A stretch of 64,000 bases of DNA from Pyrinomonadaceae bacterium (lineage in GTDB: Bacteria; Acidobacteriota; Blastocatellia; Pyrinomonadales; Pyrinomonadaceae), in contig DASVQX010000033.1 in assembly GCA_036388915.1 (NCBI GenBank), forward strand, positions 4,755 to 68,754, written 5' to 3'. The first letter of the stretch is position 1. The number at the start of each line of letters is the position of its first letter. The translations under genes were made by a program, and so were the position numbers. Positions 34,560 to 42,654 of this stretch are shown here, piece by piece. The notes below the pieces were generated by a model. The model was not told where the DNA came from and made no database searches. It saw only the letters and a program-made list of their open reading frames with translations.

Positions 34560-35408
34560 ATGCCCGCAAACTTTCAAGACCTCGTCGCGCTGATGGCGCG
34601 GCTGCGCTCGCCCGAGGGCTGCCCGTGGGATCGCGAGCAGACTTACGCGACGCTGGCGCCGATGCTCGTCGAGGAGGCTTACGAGGCGTTCGAGGCCGTC
34701 GAGGACGCGCGCGAGGGGCGCCCGGCCGCGCTCTGCGAGGAGCTGGGCGACCTGCTCTTCCAGATCGTCTTCTACGCGCAGGTCGCGGCCGAGCGCGGCG
34801 AGTTCACCGTCGAAGACGTGACCTCGCAGATTCACGCGAAGATGGTGCGCCGCCACCCGCACGTCTTCGGCGACGTGGTGGTGCGCGACAACGAGGAGCT
34901 GCTGCGGAATTGGGAGGCGGTGAAGGCCGAGGAGAAGCGCGCGGCGGGCAAGGGCGAGGCGGGGGAAGACGCGTCGCTGCTCGACGGCGTCTCGCCGAAG
35001 GCGCCGGCGCTGATGGAGGCGCACCAGCTCGCCACGAAGGCCGCGCGCGTCGGCTTCGACTGGCGCGACGTGGACGAAATCTTCGACAAGCTGCGCGAGG
35101 AGACCGAAGAGCTGCGCGCCGCCATCCGCGAGCGCGCCGAGGCCGGCGGCGAAGGCTCCGGCGGGGCCGAGGCCGAGCACCAGCGCATCCGCGAGGAGGT
35201 CGGCGACCTGCTCTTCGTTGTCACCAACATCGCGCGCCACCTGGGCGTTGAGCCCGAGTCGGCGCTCAAGCTCACCAGCCGCAAGTTCCGCCGCCGCTTC
35301 CGCCACATCGAGCGCGGACTCGAAGCGCGCGGCCGAGAGTTGGGCGAAGCGACGATCGACGAGATGGAAGAACTCTGGCAGGAGGCGAAGGGCGAAAGCG
35401 GCGGGTGA
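34560..35408 (+). CDS. mazG: Nucleoside triphosphate pyrophosphohydrolase MazG
   Basis: CPWDREQTYATLAPMLVEEAYEAFEAVE, ELGDLLFQIVFYAQ, and the second MazG repeat EEVGDLLFVVTNIARHLGVEPE. Confidence 0.9.
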   Translation: MPANFQDLVALMARLRSPEGCPWDREQTYATLAPMLVEEAYEAFEAVEDAREGRPAALCEELGDLLFQIVFYAQVAAERGEFTVEDVTSQIHAKMVRRHPHVFGDVVVRDNEELLRNWEAVKAEEKRAAGKGEAGEDASLLDGVSPKAPALMEAHQLATKAARVGFDWRDVDEIFDKLREETEELRAAIRERAEAGGEGSGGAEAEHQRIREEVGDLLFVVTNIARHLGVEPESALKLTSRKFRRRFRHIERGLEARGRELGEATIDEMEELWQEAKGESGG

Positions 35409-35526
35409 CAAGAAAAAAAGTTGCTGCTATCTTTTCTGTCGCGGCCGGACAGCCGCCGCCCGCCGGGTTCTTTAACTCGTCACAATTCGCCTTTCACACG
35501 TCAACGCTTTCGGAGGTTTCGGTTCC

Positions 35527-36240
35527 ATGGGGATGATTCAGTTCGTCAGCAACTACGACGACCTTTCGACCGACAAGGGCTACCAGTTCAAGTTCCACTG
35601 CGACAAGTGCGGCAACGGCTACATGTCGCGCTACCAGCCGTCGCTGACGGGGACGGGCGGGTCGCTGCTGCGCGCGGCGGGCGACCTCTTCGGCGGGTGG
35701 CTCAGCTCGGCCGGCAACTCGGCCTACGAGATACAGCGCGCCGTCGGCGGCAAGGCGCACGACGAGGCTTTGCAGAAGGCGGTCGCGGAGGGCAAGGCAC
35801 ACTTCCACCAGTGCTCGCGCTGCGGCCGCTGGGTCTGCCCCGAAGTCTGCTGGAACGCCTCGGCCGGCCAGTGCGAGGAGTGCGCGCCCGACTACCGGGA
35901 GGAGCTGGCCTCGGCGCACGCGCAGGCCAAGGCCGACGCCACGCGCGAGCAGCTCAACGAGAAGGCGCGCACCACCGACTACGTCTCCGGCATCGACATG
36001 GGCGCTGGCTCGACGCTTCGCGCCCCGGCGCCCGCGCAGCAGCAGAAGGCGGCGGCGAGTGCGGCGGCGGCGGCCAACTGTTCGTCCTGCGGCGTCGAGG
36101 TCGGCAAGGCCAAATTCTGCCCCGAGTGCGGCACGCCGACCGCGCCCGCGAAGCCGACCTGCACGGGCTGCGGCCACCAGCCCGACGGCACCCCGAAGTT
36201 CTGCCCCGAGTGCGGCGGGAAGATGTCGGTCACGAGTTGA
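35527..36240 (+). CDS. Zinc-ribbon protein (unknown function)
   Basis: 237 aa with Cys pairs CDKCG, CSRCGRWVC..CEEC, CSSCG..FCPECG and CTGCG..FCPECG. GGAGG lies 11 nt upstream. Confidence 0.6.
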   Translation: MGMIQFVSNYDDLSTDKGYQFKFHCDKCGNGYMSRYQPSLTGTGGSLLRAAGDLFGGWLSSAGNSAYEIQRAVGGKAHDEALQKAVAEGKAHFHQCSRCGRWVCPEVCWNASAGQCEECAPDYREELASAHAQAKADATREQLNEKARTTDYVSGIDMGAGSTLRAPAPAQQQKAAASAAAAANCSSCGVEVGKAKFCPECGTPTAPAKPTCTGCGHQPDGTPKFCPECGGKMSVTS

Positions 36241-36254
36241 GCACGTCGGGATGG

Positions 36255-36332
36255 AATTAATCGCGGAGACACGGGGACACGGCTAAGGCGACCTAACGCT
36301 TTAGCCGTGTCCCCGTGTCTCCGCGATTAATT
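36255..36332. repeat. Hairpin element, family D (perfect 30-32-bp stem), convergent terminator
   Basis: ttaatcgcggagacacggggacacggctaa (36257-36286) is the exact reverse complement of 36301-36330. The loop is 14 nt and a T5 run follows. The arm contains the tandem ggagacac/ggggacac. Confidence 0.9.
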
Positions 36333-36333
36333 T

Positions 36334-36588
36334 TTAACCGATTTCCGCGATGTCGCGCTCTAGGGCGAGGAGCGTGCGTTTGAGCATGGCGCGGTGCGCG
36401 GCGCCGGTGGCGCTCTCCAGTTGGTCGAGCGTGCGCGCGCGTGATAGTTCGAGCGAGGCGAGGCGCTCCTGGCGCGCGCGCTCCTCGGGCGAGAGGTCTT
36501 GGAGGTCGCGCCGCACCGGCTCGCGGAAGCTCTCCTCCTGCTGCGACTCGACCGACTTGCTCTCCCAGCCGCGCGCCAAAGCCGTCAC
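36334..36588 (-). CDS. Small hypothetical protein (coiled-coil-like)
   Basis: 84-aa ORF with a GTG start, MTALARGWESKSVESQQEE..ERARQERLASLELSRARTLDQLE. Composition is unlike a shadow ORF. No recognisable family. Confidence 0.45.
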   Translation of the reverse strand: MTALARGWESKSVESQQEESFREPVRRDLQDLSPEERARQERLASLELSRARTLDQLESATGAAHRAMLKRTLLALERDIAEIG

Positions 36589-36603
36589 CCTTTCGTAAAT
36601 TTA

Positions 36604-36640
36604 GCGGGCGGCGCTCACTCGAAAGGTGAACGCCGCCCGC
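36604..36640 (-). terminator. Hairpin downstream of the M48 protease gene
   Basis: gcgggcggcgctcac / gtgaacgccgcccgc (1 mismatch, 7-nt loop). The minus strand continues TAAATTTAC. Confidence 0.5.
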
Positions 36641-36678
36641 CGCCGTCGTTAAAGACCGCCGTCAGGCCCGCGCCTTCT

Positions 36679-38130
36679 TTAGCGGCCGCCGAGTTGCAGC
36701 GAGCGCATGATGTCTGTGAACGCGCGCTGGTAGGTCGCGTACTCGTTCTGCGGCGAGACGGCGGCCATGTAGAAGACCTGCCCGTTGCCGAGCGTCGTCA
36801 TCACGATGGTCACGCGCTCGCGCGCGCCCGTAATCGGCGACTGTCCGACCAGCGTCGTGGCGAGCGCGGCGCGGCCGTCGAGCGTCGCGCGCGTGAAGCC
36901 CGACTGCTGGCGCAGGTAGTTGTTCGACTGCGTCAGCCCCTGCACCACCTCCTGCGCCGCGCGCTGGAGGTCTGTGTAGTTCGACTGCGCGACGCTGAAC
37001 ATCACGCCGTGCGTGATGCCCTGCGAGCCGTAGGCGCCCTCGGGGGCGTACGAGACCGAAGTCTGGTCGCCGCCGAGCTGCCGCCAGTTCGACGGCACGG
37101 CCACGCTGAAGAGGTTCGTGCGCTGCGTCTGGTAGCGCGTCGAAGGGTAGGCCACGCGCTCGCCGCGCGCGTAGACGCCGCCCTGATCCGGGTACTGACC
37201 CTGCTGCTGGTCGGGGTACTGCTGCCCGCCGCCCTGGTTCGGGTAGCGCTGACCCGAGCGCGCGATCTCCTCCATCGTGCGCGCGCGCGGGTAGCCGCGC
37301 AGCCGCGACTGCACGTTGCGGAACTCGGCCGTGTCCGAGCGCCCGCCCTCGACGCGGAGCATCGCGGCCTCCTGCATGATGCGCTGCTCGCGGTTGCCGG
37401 GGTTCGGGTGGGAGGAGAGCCACTCGGGGCCGCCGCCGCCGCCCTGCTGCGCGATGGTGCGGAACATGGCGGCCAGTTCGCGCGGGTCGTAGCCGGCGCG
37501 CGCCATGATCTGCGAGCCGAGGATGTCGGCCTGCGTCTCGTACTCGCGGCTGTACTTGGTGAAGTACCCCTGCGCGATGGTCTGCCCGATGGCCGCCCCG
37601 GTCTGGCCGCCGAGGATGGCGCCGCCGAGGATGGAGCCGAGCCCGATGATGGTGCTCTTGGCGCTGGTGGCCTTCGTCTGCTGCGCGGTGGCGTGGCGCA
37701 GGGCGACGTGCGAGATTTCGTGCGCCATGACGCCCGCCATCTCGCCCTCGCTGTGCGCCGCCTCGATCATGCCGCGGTTGACGAACATCGGGCCGCCCGG
37801 CAGCGCGAACGCGTTGATGTCGCGCGCGTCCACCACGTCGAACGAGTAGCGGAAGGCGGGCTGCTGGAACTCGGACGGGATGGCCACGACGAGGCGGCGT
37901 CCGACCGACTCGACGTAATTGTCCACGTAGCTGTCGCGCAGGATGGGCATCTGCTGGACGACTTGCTGCGCGGCCTGCTGGCCGACCTGCACGTCCTGAG
38001 CGACGCTGTACTTGTTCTTCGCCAGCGTGATGCGGGTCTGCCCCAGCGCCGCCAGCGGCATCGCGAACACGGCGAGCGCCATCACGAGCGCAGCCACGCC
38101 GCGCGAACTGTTCCTTCTGATATTCATCAT
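36679..38130 (-). CDS. M48-family zinc metalloprotease (periplasmic, BepA/YfgC-like)
   Basis: Signal peptide, HEXXH as GVMAHEISHVALRH, a downstream E in YSREYETQADILG, and a C-terminal extra domain. Confidence 0.85.
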   Translation of the reverse strand: MMNIRRNSSRGVAALVMALAVFAMPLAALGQTRITLAKNKYSVAQDVQVGQQAAQQVVQQMPILRDSYVDNYVESVGRRLVVAIPSEFQQPAFRYSFDVVDARDINAFALPGGPMFVNRGMIEAAHSEGEMAGVMAHEISHVALRHATAQQTKATSAKSTIIGLGSILGGAILGGQTGAAIGQTIAQGYFTKYSREYETQADILGSQIMARAGYDPRELAAMFRTIAQQGGGGGPEWLSSHPNPGNREQRIMQEAAMLRVEGGRSDTAEFRNVQSRLRGYPRARTMEEIARSGQRYPNQGGGQQYPDQQQGQYPDQGGVYARGERVAYPSTRYQTQRTNLFSVAVPSNWRQLGGDQTSVSYAPEGAYGSQGITHGVMFSVAQSNYTDLQRAAQEVVQGLTQSNNYLRQQSGFTRATLDGRAALATTLVGQSPITGARERVTIVMTTLGNGQVFYMAAVSPQNEYATYQRAFTDIMRSLQLGGR

Positions 38131-38190
38131 CTTAATCTCCCCCGCGGCCGGCGCCCCCTCGCAGAGAGTCGCGGCCGAGAATCATGACGC

Positions 38191-38244
38191 AAAAGCGACG
38201 AGCGGCACGTCCCCCAATCTTAAGCCAGGGGGCGTGCCGCTCGT
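38191..38244 (-). terminator. Intrinsic terminator downstream of the DUF885 gene
   Basis: acgagcggcacgtccccc (38198-38215) pairs with gggggcgtgccgctcgt (38228-38244) with a 1-nt bulge. The minus strand is followed by CGCTTTTGCG. Confidence 0.6.
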
Positions 38245-38426
38245 ACGGCAAATTCCTGCGTCCCCCTGAACACTCGCTGTCAAAAGCCGCTTTGAGTGCG
38301 GCGCATGGAGAGAGCGGGAGAGAGCTTCAACTTTTTCGTCCGATGCGCGCCCGATACCGTCTGCGAGGACTCGGCGCGCCCGACTCAACTTAGATGAGCC
38401 GCCCGAGACGCCCGTGGCCTCGGCGG

Positions 38427-40727
38427 TTAATTTCTCCCCCTGCGCCGCCTCGCGCGCGGGGCGCGAGGTCTCACGTTTTTGTTGCGTTCCTGTGGCGGCG
38501 GGGCGGCCGCGCCGCCGTCGTCCGCGAAACGCACACTCGCGCCGCTGGGCGGACGCGGGATCGAGACGGCGACGAAAGGCGAAGTGATGACCTGCGTTGT
38601 AAGACTACCGGACGCCGGACGCCGCTCGCTGACTGTGATAGCAAGCACGGTGCCAGTCCGCCCGATTCCGGTGATCTCGACGCTGTAACCGCCCGTCGCC
38701 CGCTGCCCCTGGTACGCGACGACGACGGCGCGCGTATCAAAGCTGACATCCGGCAGCGGCCGCCCCGCCCCGACCTTCTCCCAGGTGCGGCGCCACCCCG
38801 CCTGGTCTGTAATAAGTTCGACGGCGCGCCCGCCTTCGTGCGCGCTCATCGTCCCCGTCGCGAGCAGCGAGAACTCGACCGGCTTCGACTCCTCGGCCTG
38901 ACCCTGCTGCGCGGCGGCGGCGCCCGCGCGCGAGGCCGCGTCGCCGAGCATCGCCATCCGCAGAATCTTCACGGGCGGCATCCCGTAACTCAGCAGACGG
39001 TCGTGGAAGTCGCCGAGGCGGAAGGAGTCGCCGAGCTGAGCCTTCCACTCGTCGCGCAGCTTCATAATCTCCATCTTGCCGAGCGTGTAGACGAGATAAG
39101 TCGGGTCGAGCGTGCCGCGCCTCGCCTCGCGCTCGGCGTTGGTGCGCGCCTGATAGCCCTCGCGGACGAAGAACTCGACCGCCTCGGGGTACGTCATCCC
39201 CGCCGTGTGCAGGCGGAGGCCGACGACGTAGCGGCACAGGCGCAGGAGCGCGGCGTCCAACTGCGCCAGACGCATCTTCGGGTTGTTCCCGCCGAAGCCC
39301 TCGTCGAGCATCATCTGTTCACAGTAGTGCGCCCAGCCCTCGACGAAGCTCGCGGAGCCTAAGGCCGCGCGCACGCGCGAAGACGACTGCTTCGCCTTGA
39401 GCGACTGGTAGTAGTGGCCGGGGTAGGCTTCGTGAATCGAGGTGATGGTCAGGCCGTAGCGGTTGTAGCGGCCGAGGTGCTCCTCCTGCTGCTGCCGCGT
39501 CCAGTCCGGCTCGGCGGGCGTGACGTAGTAGTAGCCTTCGGTCGCCACGCGCTCGAAGGCGCCGGGCGCGTCGAGTGAGGCGAAGGAGAGCGAGCGCTCG
39601 TACTCGGGCGTCTCGGCGACGAGCAAATTCTCGCTCGCGGGCGCGGTGAGAATCTCTTCGGCGCGGACGAAGGCGCGGACGCGGTCGAGTTCGGCGCGCG
39701 CCTCACCGACGAGGCCGTCCGGCGCGGGGTGCTCGCGCGCGAGCAGTTGGAGCGCGGCCGCGACGCCGCGGCCCGGCGCGATCTCCTCGGCGACGGCGCG
39801 CATCTCGTCCTGCGTCTCGCGCAGACGCCGCTCGCCCTCGCGCAGCAAGGCGGGGAGCGGCGTCTCGACCATCTCCTCGTAGAGCAGCTTCTTGCGGAAG
39901 GTCTCGGCGCCGAGCGCGAAGTCGCCGTTCGAGCGCGGGAGCAGGTCGCGCTCCAGCCAGTCGCGGAAGGAGCGGACGGCGGCCGCCGCCTGCGAGTTGG
40001 CCTCGTGGAACTCGGCGCGGCGCGCGGCGTCGAGACGGCTGCCGCCCGCGCGCTCGAACATCTGCGGGACGACGCGCTCGAAGAAGACGACGCTGCCGGC
40101 GGCCTGCGCGATGGCGGTCTCGGTGTAGAGGCGCGGCGGGTTGTCGAGATTTTGGCGCGCCTCTTCCAACAGCCGCGCGATCTGCCGCTCGCGCGCGAGC
40201 ACCGAGGGCAGGCGCTGCTCGACGGGCGCGAAGTTGCGCTTGAGGATGTTGTCCACCGCGGACGAGACGAGCCGGTTGTAAAGGTTCGGGTCGCGCCGCC
40301 ACGCGCGCACGTCTTCGAGTTCGAGGAGCCGCGCGCGCGCGTGCGACGAGAGGACGAGATAGTCGTAGCGCGCCTCGGGCGACAGACGCCACTCGGGGAC
40401 GCGCGCCAACTCGGCGAGCGCGCCGCGCAGCCGCTTCACCTCGCGCGCGACCGCGGCGTCGTCACGCTCTTCGAGCCGGGAGTCGAACTCGTGCAGCCCG
40501 GCGGAGGTGGCCTCCGAGGGGTTGAAGGCGTAGTGGCCGCGCAGGTACGCCTCGCCGATCTGCGCGACGCGCGCGTCCGTCGCGCGGTTAGCGGCCGAGG
40601 CGCGCGCGGCGGCCGCGTTGCCGCCGCCGCGCGCAGGCCGGCGGCGCTGCGCCGAAGCGGCCTCGACCGTCCAGAGCGACGCGCAGACGGCGAGCGCGAT
40701 GAGATACGCCGGAAGCTTCCTTCTCAT
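38427..40727 (-). CDS. DUF885 family protein fused to a C-terminal PrcB-like domain
   Basis: Start at MRRKLPAYLIALAVCASLWTVEAASA (ATG 40725-40727). DUF885 hallmark IHEAYPGHYYQ..FVEGWAHYCEQMM. The last ~120 aa (TDQAGWRRTWEKV..VVVAYQGQRATGGYSVEITGI..) resemble the PrcB C-terminal domain. Confidence 0.8.
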   Translation of the reverse strand: MRRKLPAYLIALAVCASLWTVEAASAQRRRPARGGGNAAAARASAANRATDARVAQIGEAYLRGHYAFNPSEATSAGLHEFDSRLEERDDAAVAREVKRLRGALAELARVPEWRLSPEARYDYLVLSSHARARLLELEDVRAWRRDPNLYNRLVSSAVDNILKRNFAPVEQRLPSVLARERQIARLLEEARQNLDNPPRLYTETAIAQAAGSVVFFERVVPQMFERAGGSRLDAARRAEFHEANSQAAAAVRSFRDWLERDLLPRSNGDFALGAETFRKKLLYEEMVETPLPALLREGERRLRETQDEMRAVAEEIAPGRGVAAALQLLAREHPAPDGLVGEARAELDRVRAFVRAEEILTAPASENLLVAETPEYERSLSFASLDAPGAFERVATEGYYYVTPAEPDWTRQQQEEHLGRYNRYGLTITSIHEAYPGHYYQSLKAKQSSSRVRAALGSASFVEGWAHYCEQMMLDEGFGGNNPKMRLAQLDAALLRLCRYVVGLRLHTAGMTYPEAVEFFVREGYQARTNAEREARRGTLDPTYLVYTLGKMEIMKLRDEWKAQLGDSFRLGDFHDRLLSYGMPPVKILRMAMLGDAASRAGAAAAQQGQAEESKPVEFSLLATGTMSAHEGGRAVELITDQAGWRRTWEKVGAGRPLPDVSFDTRAVVVAYQGQRATGGYSVEITGIGRTGTVLAITVSERRPASGSLTTQVITSPFVAVSIPRPPSGASVRFADDGGAAAPPPQERNKNVRPRAPRARRRRGRN

Positions 40728-40815
40728 TAAGCTGAAACACCCTCGGAAGAGCCGGGACGCCAAGACTCGCGCCCGGAAAGGGAGACGAAGAGCGAGACCG
40801 AGATTAGCATAAAAC

Positions 40816-40937
40816 GGTAGGCAGTAGTCAGTGGCCATTAGCCAGTAGGCTCCGCCCGGCGGGCGTTGCCGGTGACACCCCGGCGACTCGCCGTCCGAGG
40901 TTCTTCTACTGACTACTGACTACTGTCTACTGTCTAC
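40816..40937. repeat. Hairpin element, family A copy 4
   Basis: ggtaggcagtagtcagtggccattagccagtagg ... ctactgactactgactactgtctactgtctac, with core ggctccgcccggcgggcgttgcc. The right arm contains the stop codon of the 40934 gene. Confidence 0.75.
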
Positions 40938-41668
40938 TTCATAGGCGAGATTTTCTCATCGAGCAGGCGGGCTGGCTCTTCGAGCGGGGCGATGTGGTGC
41001 GGCTTGCCCTTCCAGACGCTGACGGCCGAGTAGATGAGGAAGATGAGGGCGGCGACGCTGAAGACGGTGCGGCCGAAGCCGCTGCCCGTGGCGAGGCGGA
41101 CGAGTTGGAAGAGGATGGAGCCGGCGACGATGGCGAGTTGGAGCGCGAGCCCCTGCGCCGCGTGGAAGCGCGTCCGCGTCTCGTGGCGCGGCACGACGGC
41201 CAACTCGATGACGGCCGCGACCAGCCCGATGTAGAAGGGGACGTAGGGCAGCACGTTCGCCACGTTCTCGGGCAGCCCGAGCCGCGTGACGGGGCGCGAA
41301 GAGGGCGGCGCGGACGGCTGCTGCTGAAACGCCGGCCGGTACGGCGAAGAGGGACCCGGCGGCGGCGCGGTGGTCGCGGGCGGCTGGTGCTGGCCCGCCC
41401 CGAAGCTCGTGAAAGGCTGCGGCCGGAAGGGCGGCGTCTCGGGCGCGCGCGGCGGCTGGTAGGCCGGCGGGACGAAGACCGAGGGGTAAGAGTCGGCCGT
41501 CCGCTCGTCGAAGCGGCGCGTCTGCTCCTCGGTCACGCTGGCGGGCGGGAGCGGGTCGGTCTCGTCGGCGTGCGGCGCGCGGCTCGCGCCCCACAAACTC
41601 TCCTCCGCGCGGCGCGCGAAGTCTGGGTCGAGCGGGTCGGTGTCGTACTTACTTCTCTTCTCCGGCAT
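40934..41668 (-). CDS. Pro-rich N-terminus plus DUF4870-like 3-4 TM membrane protein
   Basis: 244 aa with a Pro/Gln-rich first half. Then VLPYVPFYIGLVAAVIELAVVPRHETRTRFHAAQGLALQLAIVAGSILF and further TM segments. Confidence 0.65.
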   Translation of the reverse strand: MPEKRSKYDTDPLDPDFARRAEESLWGASRAPHADETDPLPPASVTEEQTRRFDERTADSYPSVFVPPAYQPPRAPETPPFRPQPFTSFGAGQHQPPATTAPPPGPSSPYRPAFQQQPSAPPSSRPVTRLGLPENVANVLPYVPFYIGLVAAVIELAVVPRHETRTRFHAAQGLALQLAIVAGSILFQLVRLATGSGFGRTVFSVAALIFLIYSAVSVWKGKPHHIAPLEEPARLLDEKISPMK

Positions 41669-41711
41669 GAATGCTTCTTACGTCGCGCGCGCGGCGCGGG
41701 TTCTCTCCCCT

Positions 41712-42137
41712 TCAGTCTTTGACCTCGAACGCGGCCGGCTCCCAGCGCCCCTCGCGCTCCGAGATGCGGAAGGCGCGCAGCACGCACGCGCCCGCCGCGT
41801 CGAACCCGATGATGAAATAGACGGCCGAAGGGTAGAAGGCGAGCCGCACGTCCGCCGCCGAAGGCTCCGGCTCACAAGAGCGCGGGTGCGAGTGGTAGAC
41901 GGCGACCAAGCTCTCGCCCTGCGCACGCATCCGTCGCTGCGCCTCGAAGAGTTCCTCGGGCGCGGCCTCGTAGGCGACCTCACGCCGCGGCGCGACGTTG
42001 CTCAAACGGTAGGCGGCGCGCGCGCCCACCTCGTCACCGCCGAGCAGCCCGCAGCACTCCTCCGGCGCGCACGCGCGCGCGTGCGCGCACATCTCCTCGA
42101 CCAGCGGCCGCGGAATCCTGAACTCCGTCCGCGTCAT
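41712..42137 (-). CDS. JAMM/MPN+ metalloprotease (Mov34 family)
   Basis: E..CCGLLGG near the N-terminus and the JAMM motif VYHSHPRSCEPEPSAADV. Confidence 0.8.
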   Translation of the reverse strand: MTRTEFRIPRPLVEEMCAHARACAPEECCGLLGGDEVGARAAYRLSNVAPRREVAYEAAPEELFEAQRRMRAQGESLVAVYHSHPRSCEPEPSAADVRLAFYPSAVYFIIGFDAAGACVLRAFRISEREGRWEPAAFEVKD

Positions 42138-42149
42138 TTCAAAAATCTT

Positions 42150-42641
42150 TCAGGCGCCGCCCGCGGCTTCGAGCGCGCGGCGGAGCGTGACGAGCGCGCC
42201 GAGGTGATAGGCGTTGTGGTCGGCGACGAGCAGGGCCTCGCGCAAAAGCGTCTGCCCCGTGCCGTGCGGAATCTCGGCGTAGAGGTCGCTCGACTCGTCT
42301 TCGACCAACGCCTCCATCGCGCGCAGGTCCGCCCGGAAGCCCTCGACGCTTTGGCGCCAGTCGTCCTCGCCCGCCTCTTTGGACTTGTCCGGCCAGTACC
42401 CCTCGGGCCAGTCGGGCGAGACGTGCGCGGCCGAGCGGCTGAACTCGACGATGTCCCACTGCGCGATGCGCATGTGTTCGAGCAACTGCCACGGCGTGTA
42501 GGGCACGCCCCCGGCCTTGCGGTTAAAGAGTTCGGCGGGGAAATCCTTCAACGCGTCGTCGAAGCCGATGTGCGCGCCGCCGCCCCGCAGGAGGTAGAGC
42601 AGGTGCTCGCGCAAGCTTCGGTCTTTGTCGTCGGAACTCAT
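42150..42641 (-). CDS. DinB-family (four-helix bundle) protein
   Basis: His triad context: PWQLLEHMRIAQWD and ADHNAYHLGALVTLRR. Confidence 0.75.
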   Translation of the reverse strand: MSSDDKDRSLREHLLYLLRGGGAHIGFDDALKDFPAELFNRKAGGVPYTPWQLLEHMRIAQWDIVEFSRSAAHVSPDWPEGYWPDKSKEAGEDDWRQSVEGFRADLRAMEALVEDESSDLYAEIPHGTGQTLLREALLVADHNAYHLGALVTLRRALEAAGGA

Positions 42642-42654
42642 CGTGGCGTTCGCC

